A stretch of DNA of 64,000 bases from Spirochaetota bacterium (lineage in GTDB: Bacteria > Spirochaetota > UBA4802 > UBA5550). This document shows, one piece after another, positions 1-10,463 of this stretch. Numbering within the stretch: position 1 is the stretch's first letter; each line of letters begins with the position of its first letter. The position numbers and the translations under genes were made by a program. The notes beneath the pieces are model-generated. The model had not been told where the DNA came from and did not search any database. It worked only from the letters and a program-made list of their open reading frames with translations. The DNA is taken from NCBI GenBank assembly GCA_963664815.2, contig CAXXHB010000003.1, positions 3,136,001 through 3,200,000 of the forward strand. Direction: 5' to 3'.

Positions 1-91
1 TATAAGCTTTCTGTGCCAATCAACAGAATATAACCATATTGTCAGTATTTCGTTCATCAACTATTCTCCATTGTTATCAGATTTGCAAATA

Positions 92-1858
92 TCAAATATT
101 CAGCTGGTTTCCTGTAATCTGTTTTAAAAGTTCCATTGCCGCTTCTTCCGGGCCGTTCATTTCATAACCCGAAATTCCAAGCCTCGTTCTGATCTGTCCG
201 ACAAAAACATCTCCGGCAAAAAATGCATCAAAGAATCTCACAGCAAGTTTATCGTGAAGATCCCTGTACTGCGGTGGCCCGAATATATTCGCAAAGTATG
301 AATGAACTATCCCGGTTGAAGTGGTTGTCCCCTTGCTCATAACCATCCCTTCCCTGAAAACATGGAAAGCATGATCAACTGATGTAAACCTTTCGATTAT
401 CGGATGATATTCATCAACCTGTTCGTAATTGTTTGCATAGAGAACCATATCAATTTTATATCCTTTTATCACAGCAGCATATGTTGTGACCGGGAGTATT
501 ATCCTCGCATTTACTTTCGTGGCACTCATGAGAATCGATCTGTCTATCTGTCCAAAGGCGTATCCCGGTTTGAGATCGTCAATACGCAGGAATGCGCCTA
601 TTTCAGTTCCGCAGGCAACTACATCTCCGTTTTCCTTAAGTTCGAGGGAACCCATATCATCGGCAACTACAATCATATCCCGCATGTACTCACGTCCGGC
701 ATTACGGAATGCTTCAAGTGTTTCAGACTTCCCCGCACCCGTATCGCCCATAAGAAGAATTGTGGATTCTTTATCACCCTTCAGCAGTACTTTGACAAGC
801 GCTCCATGAAACGGAAGTCTCCCTCTTTTCATCATAATAGCATTATGAAGAGTCAATACCATCTTTTTCAGATATCCGAAATAACCGAACATATCACGGT
901 TGGGACATGCTCCGACCATAATTCCCTCTTTTTCATCATCAAAGAATACAACCGGAATTTCATCAAATCTGTCAAGTTTATCACCCGGCACACCAAAAAG
1001 GAAAATAGCATCCGGTTTAATCGAAAGATCGGCATCATCAGCAAGTTCAAAAAGATTACACAGGGAAAAGCCCAGTTCATAGAATGATTCATGAAAGTAT
1101 ATATTTACCACGAGTTCCCCAACTTTCGCAGGGTAGCATATCCACTCAATACTGTTTATCCCAATCAGGTCGAGCGGATTCTCTTCTATTTTAATAAAGC
1201 TCCCGGATCTCTTATTACTCCTTGGTTCAAGAATCACAGGAGGATTAAGAAGTATCTGCCGTATAATCCTTATATCTGAAAGCTTTTCAAAGGAACCTTC
1301 AGGGTATGGTACCTTCCAGGGAATCCCTATAGCGGCAATACCGGCACCAGCGGATAACTGTCTGTATATCCGGGGATGAGTACCGGTAATATTCTCCTGT
1401 ATGTCACGGTATGCACCCATTACAAGATCATTAAGTTTTTCAACAGTCTGGTTGAATGTCCGGTATGGTCTCCTGTCAAGATTATCCCCTTCAGAATCGC
1501 ATATCACATAACGTTCAAAGCTCCTCCAGTAATTATAAAGATTTTCTATAAAATCATTCAGCAGCTGTATATCCCGGAGGAACATGGCCGATTCGGGAAT
1601 TATTTTCGGGATATAGCTTCCATCAAGCCTTATAAGGTTCTTCAGGGTTATATGCAGTATATGTATCTTTTCTTCAGTAATTTCCCCTTCAAAGATATTC
1701 AGAAATCTCGACTGATGTCCATCAAGCTCTTTAATAAACCTGTTGAGTATCCTTACAAAAAGTTCACTCTGCAGCAACTCTTCTCTTGTCTCGCACAAGC
1801 GTCCCTTTGTATGGATAATAATCTTGTTTTCTATTTCCCTGTAACTTGTTATAGCCAT
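92..1858 (-). CDS. Phosphoenolpyruvate carboxykinase-like P-loop protein
   Basis: 588 aa with PEPCK-type motifs GYLKK, PFHG, Walker A GDTGAGKSET and ADD; SD AAGGAG upstream. Confidence 0.7.
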   Translation of the reverse strand: MAITSYREIENKIIIHTKGRLCETREELLQSELFVRILNRFIKELDGHQSRFLNIFEGEITEEKIHILHITLKNLIRLDGSYIPKIIPESAMFLRDIQLLNDFIENLYNYWRSFERYVICDSEGDNLDRRPYRTFNQTVEKLNDLVMGAYRDIQENITGTHPRIYRQLSAGAGIAAIGIPWKVPYPEGSFEKLSDIRIIRQILLNPPVILEPRSNKRSGSFIKIEENPLDLIGINSIEWICYPAKVGELVVNIYFHESFYELGFSLCNLFELADDADLSIKPDAIFLFGVPGDKLDRFDEIPVVFFDDEKEGIMVGACPNRDMFGYFGYLKKMVLTLHNAIMMKRGRLPFHGALVKVLLKGDKESTILLMGDTGAGKSETLEAFRNAGREYMRDMIVVADDMGSLELKENGDVVACGTEIGAFLRIDDLKPGYAFGQIDRSILMSATKVNARIILPVTTYAAVIKGYKIDMVLYANNYEQVDEYHPIIERFTSVDHAFHVFREGMVMSKGTTTSTGIVHSYFANIFGPPQYRDLHDKLAVRFFDAFFAGDVFVGQIRTRLGISGYEMNGPEEAAMELLKQITGNQLNI

Positions 1859-1879
1859 TTTTATCTCTCCTTTAAAAAC

Positions 1880-2045
1880 AGGGTTGCCGGGAATTCCAAC
1901 CGGTACGATGTTTTTTATTCCCGAAAAAACGAAAAAAGCCGGCGCTTATGCAACCCGCTTCATTACTCCGTGTATTCATTACACCGGATAACAGAAAAAG
2001 AAGGCAACATAAAAGCCGGCTTACCATCAACTGCCCCGAGGGCCT
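1880..2045 (-). promoter_or_regulatory. Structured 5' leader with terminator-like hairpin (candidate attenuator) upstream of the PEPCK-like gene
   Basis: Minus strand AAGCCGGCTTTTATG (2022-2008) pairs with CATAAGCGCCGGCTT, followed by a T run (1950-1932); preceded by GATGGT. Confidence 0.6.
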
Positions 2046-2166
2046 TTGATAAATCTTCCGTGTTTAATTTTTAATTAAGAGCGATAAAAACACCATCACT
2101 AAAACGGTCAACCATTTTTTTAGTTCACCCGGATTTTTTAAAATTAACTTGTTTCTTCGGACTTTA

Positions 2167-2541
2167 TTATTTTTTACATTTATCTTCAAAATTCTGCTCA
2201 AGCGTAAAAAGAATAATCCGTTCATCTGCTTCAGTGCTCAAATCAGTATAAAGGCTTTTCACTTTAAGCCCGGTAATATCAAAAATAATCGCTTCAAGCA
2301 AAGGCTTTGCATTTTCAAGAAGCATAATACGAACCTGCTTTATCAGCGAATGCCCTTCGTCATTTTTTGTAAGCTGCTCCTCTGCTTTTGTCAGAACACC
2401 CTTTAATCTGACGACAATCATGTCATCAATGATGTATGATTTAGTCTCCACGGGACCACGCCCCATGTACTCCTTTTCAAATCTAATCATTGCTGCACAA
2501 ATCTCGGCCTCAATCATACCCTTTGTTTTTACCTGTATCAT
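2167..2541 (-). CDS. DUF2294 / MpsC-family protein
   Basis: Signature EKEYMGRGP...IVVRLKGVLTKAE...LIKQVR...ITGLKVKSLYTDLS...ERIILFTL. Confidence 0.85.
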   Translation of the reverse strand: MIQVKTKGMIEAEICAAMIRFEKEYMGRGPVETKSYIIDDMIVVRLKGVLTKAEEQLTKNDEGHSLIKQVRIMLLENAKPLLEAIIFDITGLKVKSLYTDLSTEADERIILFTLEQNFEDKCKK

Positions 2542-2691
2542 TAAAACAGTTCTCTCTTATTTATCATTAATTTCTGCAAATTACGCGAACTCCGGTTCTG
2601 TCGGCATGGTGTCTCATATTGAATCAATAATGGGGTTGAAGGTCAAATCTCCAGCAAACCCTGATCATCACCCACATAGTGTACGCAGGAA

Positions 2692-3624
2692 TCACAAAGC
2701 GGTCATCATATCATAACTCCTGAAAATGTTTTTAAGCATCGGATCTGTCACTACCGCAAGTACTACGCTCTTTTCCAAGTCATCCATGAAAACCTTTTCT
2801 CCGGCAAAGTATTCGACAGCCTTCACCGGATCTGGGAGATCCCTCACCATATTCACAAGGAATGACAGTCTCTGCATGTCCCTCTTCTCAAAAGGCAAAC
2901 CTTTCTCCCTGTTAAAATCTGTTCTTTCCCTGTACTGTTTAAGTATATCGCTGAGTTTACCGAACTGCTGAAGATCAAGCCTGTACTTTTCAATGAAATC
3001 CATCGTAAGAGCCTCGCCGGTATCAACTTCCGCCATCATAAGAATAATATACTGAAAGAGATGATAGTTTCTTGATATAATAGATCTTAAGATTTCATCC
3101 GGAAGTTTGATGAATGAGCCGATAAATGATTTCATACCTTTTATCTTCAGGAAATATGTATTCAGCATCTCATTATCAAACTTTGTAAGTATCATAAACA
3201 GCAAAAGTTTATCATTGTTTATATAAGTCGAATTAAGCGCAAGATCAAGAAGTCTCTTATTATCAAGGAAAAAAAGTATTTCATCAAGTACCCTGTCAAT
3301 GGAATTATCATACATCATGCAGTATCCGAATACAAACATTATCAGCCGTTCAAGTTTATCGAGTGTAAATTTTTCGGAATTAATATACTTTTGAAGATGT
3401 TCCATGTCGCGGAACAGCATAAGAAAATATATAAACTGCTGGTTCACCTCATAATCATCAGAAGCAAACACATTATCCACAAGCTCCAGAAATTCATCGA
3501 GTGTTATATTTTCAAAAATCGGTTTGACCTTGTTGATCTGCGGAAAAGATGAATCACTCATGATCGCTTCAATATAAAAAAGCTGATATCTGCTAACCTC
3601 GCCTTCTCTGACTTCTGTATCCAT
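2692..3624 (-). CDS. Hypothetical protein
   Basis: 310 aa ORF co-oriented with its neighbour; no recognised motif. Confidence 0.6.
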   Translation of the reverse strand: MDTEVREGEVSRYQLFYIEAIMSDSSFPQINKVKPIFENITLDEFLELVDNVFASDDYEVNQQFIYFLMLFRDMEHLQKYINSEKFTLDKLERLIMFVFGYCMMYDNSIDRVLDEILFFLDNKRLLDLALNSTYINNDKLLLFMILTKFDNEMLNTYFLKIKGMKSFIGSFIKLPDEILRSIISRNYHLFQYIILMMAEVDTGEALTMDFIEKYRLDLQQFGKLSDILKQYRERTDFNREKGLPFEKRDMQRLSFLVNMVRDLPDPVKAVEYFAGEKVFMDDLEKSVVLAVVTDPMLKNIFRSYDMMTAL

Positions 3625-3638
3625 CCGGTTTTACACTC

Positions 3639-4202
3639 TCATTTAATCTTTTGAAGTTTATCAACAGCAAGCCAGAAATTCCGGTTATCTATGCCGTTTT
3701 TCAGATAAGCTGTAATAAGGTTCCTGATATCGGGAGAAAAGGCATCCCAGTATATTCGGGCCCATCCTTCAGGTAGTTGTGCCTGGTCTTTTTTTGACAT
3801 CGTTCCGGTACTGTAACTAATAAACTGTACAATCATGCTTTTAAGAATTTCAGGGGGAATTATTTTGGATATATTCTTCTTTTTTTCAGGAACCATCTGT
3901 TTTATTATAGCAGCTAGTTCTTTCTGTGTTATATCAGGCTTATACTGATACGCAAGCTGCACTACAAGGTCCTTTGCCATCTTCTTGATGTTAATATCCG
4001 CCATTCCAAGTTGTTCATTTATCTGCCGTGACATGTTCCTGGCGAGCTTGTTGACATCCATATTAAATCCGCCTGTTTTAAAATCTTCCATACACACTTT
4101 CTGCCGCGATTTAAGCAGGTCATTTAACTCTCTTCTCTCTTCGGGAGTGGCGTTCTTTAAATAATCTTCCAGGATTTGTCTTTTTTTATCATCAAAGCTC
4201 AT
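3639..4202 (-). CDS. Hypothetical protein
   Basis: 187 aa ORF with GGGG SD. Confidence 0.6.
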   Translation of the reverse strand: MSFDDKKRQILEDYLKNATPEERRELNDLLKSRQKVCMEDFKTGGFNMDVNKLARNMSRQINEQLGMADINIKKMAKDLVVQLAYQYKPDITQKELAAIIKQMVPEKKKNISKIIPPEILKSMIVQFISYSTGTMSKKDQAQLPEGWARIYWDAFSPDIRNLITAYLKNGIDNRNFWLAVDKLQKIK

Positions 4203-4538
4203 AATAAACTATCCCCAATAGTTAAGCATTCTTCACCCATCATTTTCTGCGAATTAAAACGCCAGAATACCATTGATCCCTTTTTCACTGCGCCTGTGAC
4301 AATGTAAAATTTCCTTAAAAGATTTTTTAAGTAATTAAAAGTATAGTAATTATTCGTTATACAAAAGCAATTATTTTTTATTAAAGAGCGACGAATCGGC
4401 CGGAATTGTTCAGATGGTTCGATCAGAGATGGACAGCATTTTCTCTACTCCGGTTTAAAATCCGGTAATTTTCGGAACATTTATCCCGATATTCCCACTG
4501 GTGATTACATTATATCGTATCTATAACAACTGAAGCTG

Positions 4539-4979
4539 TTAAAAAAATGTGTTCCATCCTCCAAGTATTCCACCCATTATTGTAAAAGACAATGTAGCGT
4601 AACCGCAATCAATAAAGTAGAGTGCCGCAGGCCTTCGTTCGAAAGTGTATATTATTGATATAAACATGCTGACCCAGAAAAATCCTGTTCCAAATCCCGA
4701 AATAAGTCCATGGGTAAATGTCGGCTGCGCGGTAATGAACATTCCCAGGAGAAATGCTGCAATAAAATTCATCAGTATTGTAACAATATAAACTGCATAA
4801 GTATTTCTCTTCCTGAGTAACCTTCCGGTAAGATGGCTATCCTTTGTCCATCTTTCGCCGAATAAAAATGGTGAATACCATAATGCCATAAAAAAATATG
4901 ATACAACAGTTGCGGTAATAACAGATCTTAAACTCAATGATTGAAACGCTGCAACAAATTCCATATAGTCCTCTCTCAT
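4539..4979 (-). CDS. DUF1761-family membrane protein
   Basis: ALWYSPFLFGERW...FERRP..LYFID.GY pattern; four hydrophobic segments. Confidence 0.8.
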   Translation of the reverse strand: MREDYMEFVAAFQSLSLRSVITATVVSYFFMALWYSPFLFGERWTKDSHLTGRLLRKRNTYAVYIVTILMNFIAAFLLGMFITAQPTFTHGLISGFGTGFFWVSMFISIIYTFERRPAALYFIDCGYATLSFTIMGGILGGWNTFF

Positions 4980-5132
4980 GCCGCAGTCATTTCACAAATC
5001 AATACCACGGCAATTGTTTTATAATTATAGTATACCGCTTTTAAGAGAAACTATCTATAATTATTTTTAATACTTAAATTTAGGAACTGTCGGCATTATT
5101 TTGAAAATGAATGGAAGAACTATATTCTGTTT

Positions 5133-5176
5133 TGTTTTCACTCCTCCGGAATTTGAACCGGAATGGAGTGAAAACT
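5133..5176 (-). terminator. Hairpin, probable terminator of the small lysine-rich ORF
   Basis: GTTTTCACTCC...CCGG / CCGG...GGAGTGAAAAC inverted repeat. Confidence 0.6.
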
Positions 5177-5216
5177 TTATCAGACAGTATTACCTGAAGC
5201 AGTAAATGCGCTAAAA

Positions 5217-5324
5217 TTATTCTTTTTTAGCTTTCTTTTCCTTTTTCTCTAACCGCTTTTCCTTAATGGACTTTTCCGGTTTTTTCTTCTCTTCGGTTTT
5301 TGTCTTGTCTTTGCCTTTTCCCAT
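5217..5324 (-). CDS. Small lysine-rich protein, 35 aa (not in the ORF track)
   Basis: MGKGKDKTKTEEKKKPEKSIKEKRLEKKEKKAKKE*; SD AGGGGG 6 nt before ATG; downstream hairpin. Confidence 0.75.
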   Translation of the reverse strand: MGKGKDKTKTEEKKKPEKSIKEKRLEKKEKKAKKE

Positions 5325-5571
5325 TACAGACCCCCTGTCCGATTATATTAAATTATAAAAATATTAAATATAAACTGTTCATTCTATGATAATCAAATCG
5401 TAAAATTTGTCCAGAATATTAATTCATTTTTTTAAAAAGCTTAATGCTCCGCCAGCAGGATATACTGCAATATGAAAAAATTTTTTAACACATCTGATCT
5501 TTATAATAGCCATTATACTCAATAACAGATCAGGATCTGATGTTTCTATAATATTCTCACTTCATAATAAT

Positions 5572-8500
5572 TTGTTGATTTATTCTACAATTGTTTTACC
5601 TTTAATACATGATTCTTTCAGAATCATGGGAGAAATCTTTGTGACAGGGATCATTTCAGGACTGACTTCAACATTTTTTTTAACCCAGCTCTCCGTCGGT
5701 TCAATTATACTGACAGTATTTGGACTTTCGGCTGCGGTTTTTTTTCTGCGTCCCGGCAATAAAACACCAGCAACATCGCATTTGGGCCTTGCATTTCTGT
5801 TTTTTGCTGTATTTCATTTTGCCTATTTTTTTGCCTTCAGTTTTTATCATCCATTTACTGCATTTCACAGGTGGCTTACCGTAACATTTGTGCTGCTTAA
5901 CGAGATACACATGACTCGTTACATTTTATGCTTCCCCGATGACAGAAACAGCAAACTGGCCAATATTGTATTACTTATACAATATATAATATCAATCCCG
6001 ATAATACTGTTTTTTTTCATGTCCACATACTCCGCATATCCTGTATTCCGTTTTGATGGTCACTATTGGGATTTCAATGCCGGTTTTTCTAGCAGCCTTG
6101 TCGGTCTTCTCATAGTTCTCAACAATATTACCTATATCATCTTTTTTGCATTCAGACTTATTCAGCTGAAAAAAAAAGAATTCAACTGGATGCTTTTTAC
6201 GGGAGCAGTTTTCATTATCGGTTCAATTATACCCGCTTTTTTAAACACAATGAATCTTCACGGTTATATCATGAGGGAGTCTTTTCAGACCATTACCAAT
6301 ATGTCACATCTTTTCATGTTTACCCTCCTGGCTTTAGCACATCTCAGCATGACTAAAGACCGTTTTACTTTTATGGGTAAAATCGCAGGGATCACCACCG
6401 TGACCTTTTTCACAATTTTCATAGTAAATGCACATTTTACTTTCATCGAGATGGAGAATACTTTCACAAAATTAAAATACTACGACTTAAAGATTGGTCT
6501 TCACGATGAAACGAACAAAGGGAATTTGATGTTTTTAAACTGCTACTCATTCAGGACTAACAACTTTCTCAATTGTGACAGCATTTTTAAAAACAGGGAT
6601 AAATCATTATCACCGGATTTCTACAGCAGATCTGAATACTTCAACACTGCCGTCTACGAAAAGATAAAAAACCTTCCGGATAATAACTTCGATGAAAATC
6701 TTAACTCAATAATGTCGAAGGGTGACGAATATTTTTCATGCTATAAAAGATTTATACTCTCAGTCAATAAATCACTGCCTGAAAATATCAAAAACAGGGG
6801 CGGTATAATATGCCGCAGGATAGACTCTATACAGGGCTACCTGCAGTACAACTACAACCATATACGCCATCTTCCTGAAAACGGTTTCCGCAGAGCCCTC
6901 CTGCTTCACCTGAAAAAAACATCGCCGGATTTCAGCGATTTCAGCAGCACAATCATTTCATATATTGAAACCTCCCCTGTTACAGATAATGAAAGCCTGA
7001 GGCATAATGTTCTCCATTTTATTGAAAATATGCAGCCTTCCGGTTCACAAAGGTTCAGAGAAATCCAGAACGAGACACATCTTGTATCCTCATTCTTTTA
7101 CGATGCACAATCAGGTTTAGTTTATGAAGGCATGTTCAGCTACCTGTCATACAGAGAATTCATGCATGGACCAGCACTCAGGATGATTCTGCTGATGATC
7201 GGAGTCATGCTCTTCATTGTTCTTGTATATCCATTCTTCTTTTTATGGTCGGTTTATATCCCGCTTAATGCTCTTCTCGGAGGAGTAAAAAAAGTTATTG
7301 ATGACGATCTCGATTTTACTGCCCCGGTATATTCCGAAGATGAAATAGGTTTTATAACCGGATCATTCAACAACATGGTTACCAGATTGAAGGAGAACAG
7401 AGATACAATTTCCAGATCCGAGACTAGGTTCAGGGAACTCAATGATCTCCTACCTGACATTATTTACGAAACAGACATGAACCTTAATATAATTTACATG
7501 AATAAAGCAGGATTTAACCGGACTGGATACACTGATGACGACATATCAAACGGGCTTTCATTCCGTCAGCTGCTTAATAAAGATGAAATAAACCTGCTTG
7601 AACAATTCATAAATAATAATTCAGTCCAATGTACAGGGATATTCAGCCGCACACATGATCTTTTAACTAAAAACGGCAACATTTTCAAGGGAGAAACCCG
7701 CGCGGTATTTATCTGCAATAACACAATACCATCGGGGCTTCGCGGTATAATCCGTGATGTTACAGACAAGCTCAGAACCGAAGACGCGCTGCTGCAGCTT
7801 CAGAAAATGGAAACGATCGGAACACTGATTGCCGGGCTCACTCATGATTTCAACAATATTCTTGGCGGGATAACCGGGCCACTGTCTCTCCTTATGTTTT
7901 CAATTCAGAAAAAAGGAGCAGTTTCTTCCGAGAAGCTTGATATGCACCTGAATACAATGAATGAATCGGTTAAAAGGGCCACAGAACTTGTACAGCAGCT
8001 TGTCTTCCTTTCCAGGAAGGAAGATACCAATCTTACACCTGTAGATATAAAATCGTCTATAGAACATATTACACGAATCTGTTCAAGCGCATTTGACAAG
8101 AATATTGAAATAATTAAACATATCCCGGATGAAGAGATTACCGTCAGGGCAGACCCTACACAGATTGAGCAAATGCTTCTTAATATCTGTATAAACGCAA
8201 GTCATGCAATGACTATCATGCGCGGATCAGATGAACAGTATGGCGGCAAGCTGATTATATCTCTTGACAGAATCAATGCCGATGAACATTTCAGGGTAAC
8301 ACATCCTGATGCCGCAGATGAACTCTACTGGAAAATATCTATAACAGATACCGGTGTCGGTATGGACAGCAATACTATATCAAAAATCTTTATTCCTTTC
8401 TATACTACAAAAGAAAGAGGAACCGGTACAGGTCTGGGACTTGCCATGGCTTATAACATAGTCAGGCATCACCGCGGATTTATTGATGTGTACTCCGAAC

Positions 8501-8967
8501 CCGGATCAGGAACAACCTTTAACATCTATCTCCCGATCCAGTCCGGTGGAAACCGTATGTCATCAGCGGGAGTTGAAACATTTATACCACGTGGTGAAGG
8601 TAAAATCCTTATCGCTGATGATGAAGAATCAATACTGCTTACCTCAAGATTAATGCTCGAACGATGCGGTTATACTGTCCTGAGTGCCTGTGACGGCGCC
8701 GAGGCTTTAAAAATTTACAGTGAAAATTCTGATGAAATAAAAGCAGTTGTACTTGATTTTGTAATGCCGAAAATGTCCGGCGAACAGGTTTACCGGAAAT
8801 TGATAAAAATCAATCCCGATGTCAAAGTATTACTGGCATCGGGAATGTTGAACGATGACAGAATTGAAAGGCTGTCAATCAGCCGCGGATGTCTTTTTAT
8901 TCAGAAGCCTTACACTTTTGAAAATCTGGCCGTGGCAATATTTAAGTTACTCAACAATATCTGCTGA
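5572..8967 (+). CDS. Membrane hybrid sensor histidine kinase (multi-TM, HAMP, PAS, HisKA, HATPase, REC)
   Basis: HAMP DEIGFITGSFNNM; H-box HDFNNIL; DTGVGM, GTGLGL; C-terminal REC; true start possibly 5626-5641. Confidence 0.9.
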   Translation: MLIYSTIVLPLIHDSFRIMGEIFVTGIISGLTSTFFLTQLSVGSIILTVFGLSAAVFFLRPGNKTPATSHLGLAFLFFAVFHFAYFFAFSFYHPFTAFHRWLTVTFVLLNEIHMTRYILCFPDDRNSKLANIVLLIQYIISIPIILFFFMSTYSAYPVFRFDGHYWDFNAGFSSSLVGLLIVLNNITYIIFFAFRLIQLKKKEFNWMLFTGAVFIIGSIIPAFLNTMNLHGYIMRESFQTITNMSHLFMFTLLALAHLSMTKDRFTFMGKIAGITTVTFFTIFIVNAHFTFIEMENTFTKLKYYDLKIGLHDETNKGNLMFLNCYSFRTNNFLNCDSIFKNRDKSLSPDFYSRSEYFNTAVYEKIKNLPDNNFDENLNSIMSKGDEYFSCYKRFILSVNKSLPENIKNRGGIICRRIDSIQGYLQYNYNHIRHLPENGFRRALLLHLKKTSPDFSDFSSTIISYIETSPVTDNESLRHNVLHFIENMQPSGSQRFREIQNETHLVSSFFYDAQSGLVYEGMFSYLSYREFMHGPALRMILLMIGVMLFIVLVYPFFFLWSVYIPLNALLGGVKKVIDDDLDFTAPVYSEDEIGFITGSFNNMVTRLKENRDTISRSETRFRELNDLLPDIIYETDMNLNIIYMNKAGFNRTGYTDDDISNGLSFRQLLNKDEINLLEQFINNNSVQCTGIFSRTHDLLTKNGNIFKGETRAVFICNNTIPSGLRGIIRDVTDKLRTEDALLQLQKMETIGTLIAGLTHDFNNILGGITGPLSLLMFSIQKKGAVSSEKLDMHLNTMNESVKRATELVQQLVFLSRKEDTNLTPVDIKSSIEHITRICSSAFDKNIEIIKHIPDEEITVRADPTQIEQMLLNICINASHAMTIMRGSDEQYGGKLIISLDRINADEHFRVTHPDAADELYWKISITDTGVGMDSNTISKIFIPFYTTKERGTGTGLGLAMAYNIVRHHRGFIDVYSEPGSGTTFNIYLPIQSGGNRMSSAGVETFIPRGEGKILIADDEESILLTSRLMLERCGYTVLSACDGAEALKIYSENSDEIKAVVLDFVMPKMSGEQVYRKLIKINPDVKVLLASGMLNDDRIERLSISRGCLFIQKPYTFENLAVAIFKLLNNIC

Positions 8968-9061
8968 AAAAAATTAATTCTCCGGTTGAAATCGCTTTCA
9001 GCTTATCATAAAATGAATCTGCCAGGAACTGTAACTGCCACCTCATCCTGAAGCTCATATT

Positions 9062-9874
9062 TTAAAAACTGCTTTTTTTCAAAACATCAATATCCCGTTC
9101 AATCTTCGCAAGGTGAGCTGTCAGTTTATCAAGCGCTTTTTCAACTCTGTCTTTTTCTGACTCAAGGTATGACAATCGGCTGGTAAACTCCGCCCTGGGA
9201 TTAATTTCAGCCTTTATCATATCAGGACTTCTCTGATCCATGAACGCCTCCTGAACCCCATGCCTCAAACCTTCATCTTTAATACGGGCCACGGTTTTCA
9301 TATTTTCATACCCTATCTCCGGTTTTATATCCAGAGTATATGTTTTCATTATCGTCCTGGCTTCGTTTCGATGAAGACAGAGAACCCTGTCAACGTAATC
9401 TTCAAAGCTTGCGTGGTACCTCTGACAAAGTTCCCGTGCTTTAAGCAGCAGACTGCCGAACTCTTTCATCAAATGACCGTTTCGTGACATATACTCTTCA
9501 CGAAGCCTGGCAGTCAGATCTTTAAACTCGTCGTTAATCTCAAAGATATTATTATATATACCAAGATCTTCAGCACGAAAAAGCAAAGTATGAAAAATAT
9601 TCCAGAAGTCTGATGAATGCGCCCTCGCTGTTACAGGGACAGAGGTTTGTGTAAATTGCACATGATGAGCAAACTCATGAATAGCTGTATACATCAGCTG
9701 GTTATCATCAACAAAATTCTGATTATGAATAATTATTTCCCGTTTATCCGGGTAATAAAGTCCGTCAACCTTCTTACTGTTTTTACCGGAAAATGTCACC
9801 ATAAAATCTGTTTTAACCTGTTCCAGCTGCAGCAGTCTCTCTTTAACCTGATCCTGATTCATTTTATAATCCAT
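9062..9874 (-). CDS. Conserved protein with N-terminal HExxH (SprT-like) zinc metallopeptidase motif
   Basis: TAIHEFAHHVQ...AHSSDFW; C-terminal coiled coil. Confidence 0.6.
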   Translation of the reverse strand: MDYKMNQDQVKERLLQLEQVKTDFMVTFSGKNSKKVDGLYYPDKREIIIHNQNFVDDNQLMYTAIHEFAHHVQFTQTSVPVTARAHSSDFWNIFHTLLFRAEDLGIYNNIFEINDEFKDLTARLREEYMSRNGHLMKEFGSLLLKARELCQRYHASFEDYVDRVLCLHRNEARTIMKTYTLDIKPEIGYENMKTVARIKDEGLRHGVQEAFMDQRSPDMIKAEINPRAEFTSRLSYLESEKDRVEKALDKLTAHLAKIERDIDVLKKSSF

Positions 9875-10445
9875 TTAAATATTCTATCATATCATCGGGC
9901 GATAATACAAGACCCGCACCACCGCGAACTATAGCTTCCCTGTTCATCCCGAAAACTACAGATGAATCCTTATCCTGAGCAATAGTCAGAAAACCTTTGC
10001 CCCGCATTTCAACCATGGAAGATACTCCGTCATCACACATGCCAGTAAGAATGATTGCAATTATTCGTTCAGGATCGTGGCTTAACGCTGAGGAAAAAAG
10101 CACATCAATAGAAGGCCTGAACCTGTTAACCGGCGGTTCGGAGGTAATGGTCAGAAGCGGATTTACATGTTCACTGAGATACATATGCCTGTTACCGGGT
10201 GCTATATAGGCATTACCATGTTTAACCAGTTCGCCATCAATACCCTCTTTAACAGTAAATGGAGTGTTACTGTCGAGTCTTTGAGCCCACATCCCGGTAA
10301 AACCTTCCGGCATATGCTGTGCTATAAGTATCGCATACTTATTTTTATCAACACCCGTTAAAAGCGATTCAATTACAGGGAGTCCTCCGGTTGATGAACC
10401 GATTAGTAGAATTTTAAATTTTAAATTTATTGATTCTATCATCAC
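9864..10445 (-). CDS. Stand-alone CheB methylesterase domain (no receiver)
   Basis: GSSTGG, QHMP, RPSIDVLF, LTGMCDDG, VVFGM. Confidence 0.85.
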   Translation of the reverse strand: MMIESINLKFKILLIGSSTGGLPVIESLLTGVDKNKYAILIAQHMPEGFTGMWAQRLDSNTPFTVKEGIDGELVKHGNAYIAPGNRHMYLSEHVNPLLTITSEPPVNRFRPSIDVLFSSALSHDPERIIAIILTGMCDDGVSSMVEMRGKGFLTIAQDKDSSVVFGMNREAIVRGGAGLVLSPDDMIEYLNGL

Positions 10446-10463
10446 TCAACCGGGTTTAAACTT

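Noticed and set aside
404-2971. Plus-strand ORFs of up to 232 aa opposite the PEPCK-like and neighbouring genes, and similar antisense ORFs throughout the window
   Set aside because: Shadow frames of well-supported opposite-strand genes, with no motifs of their own
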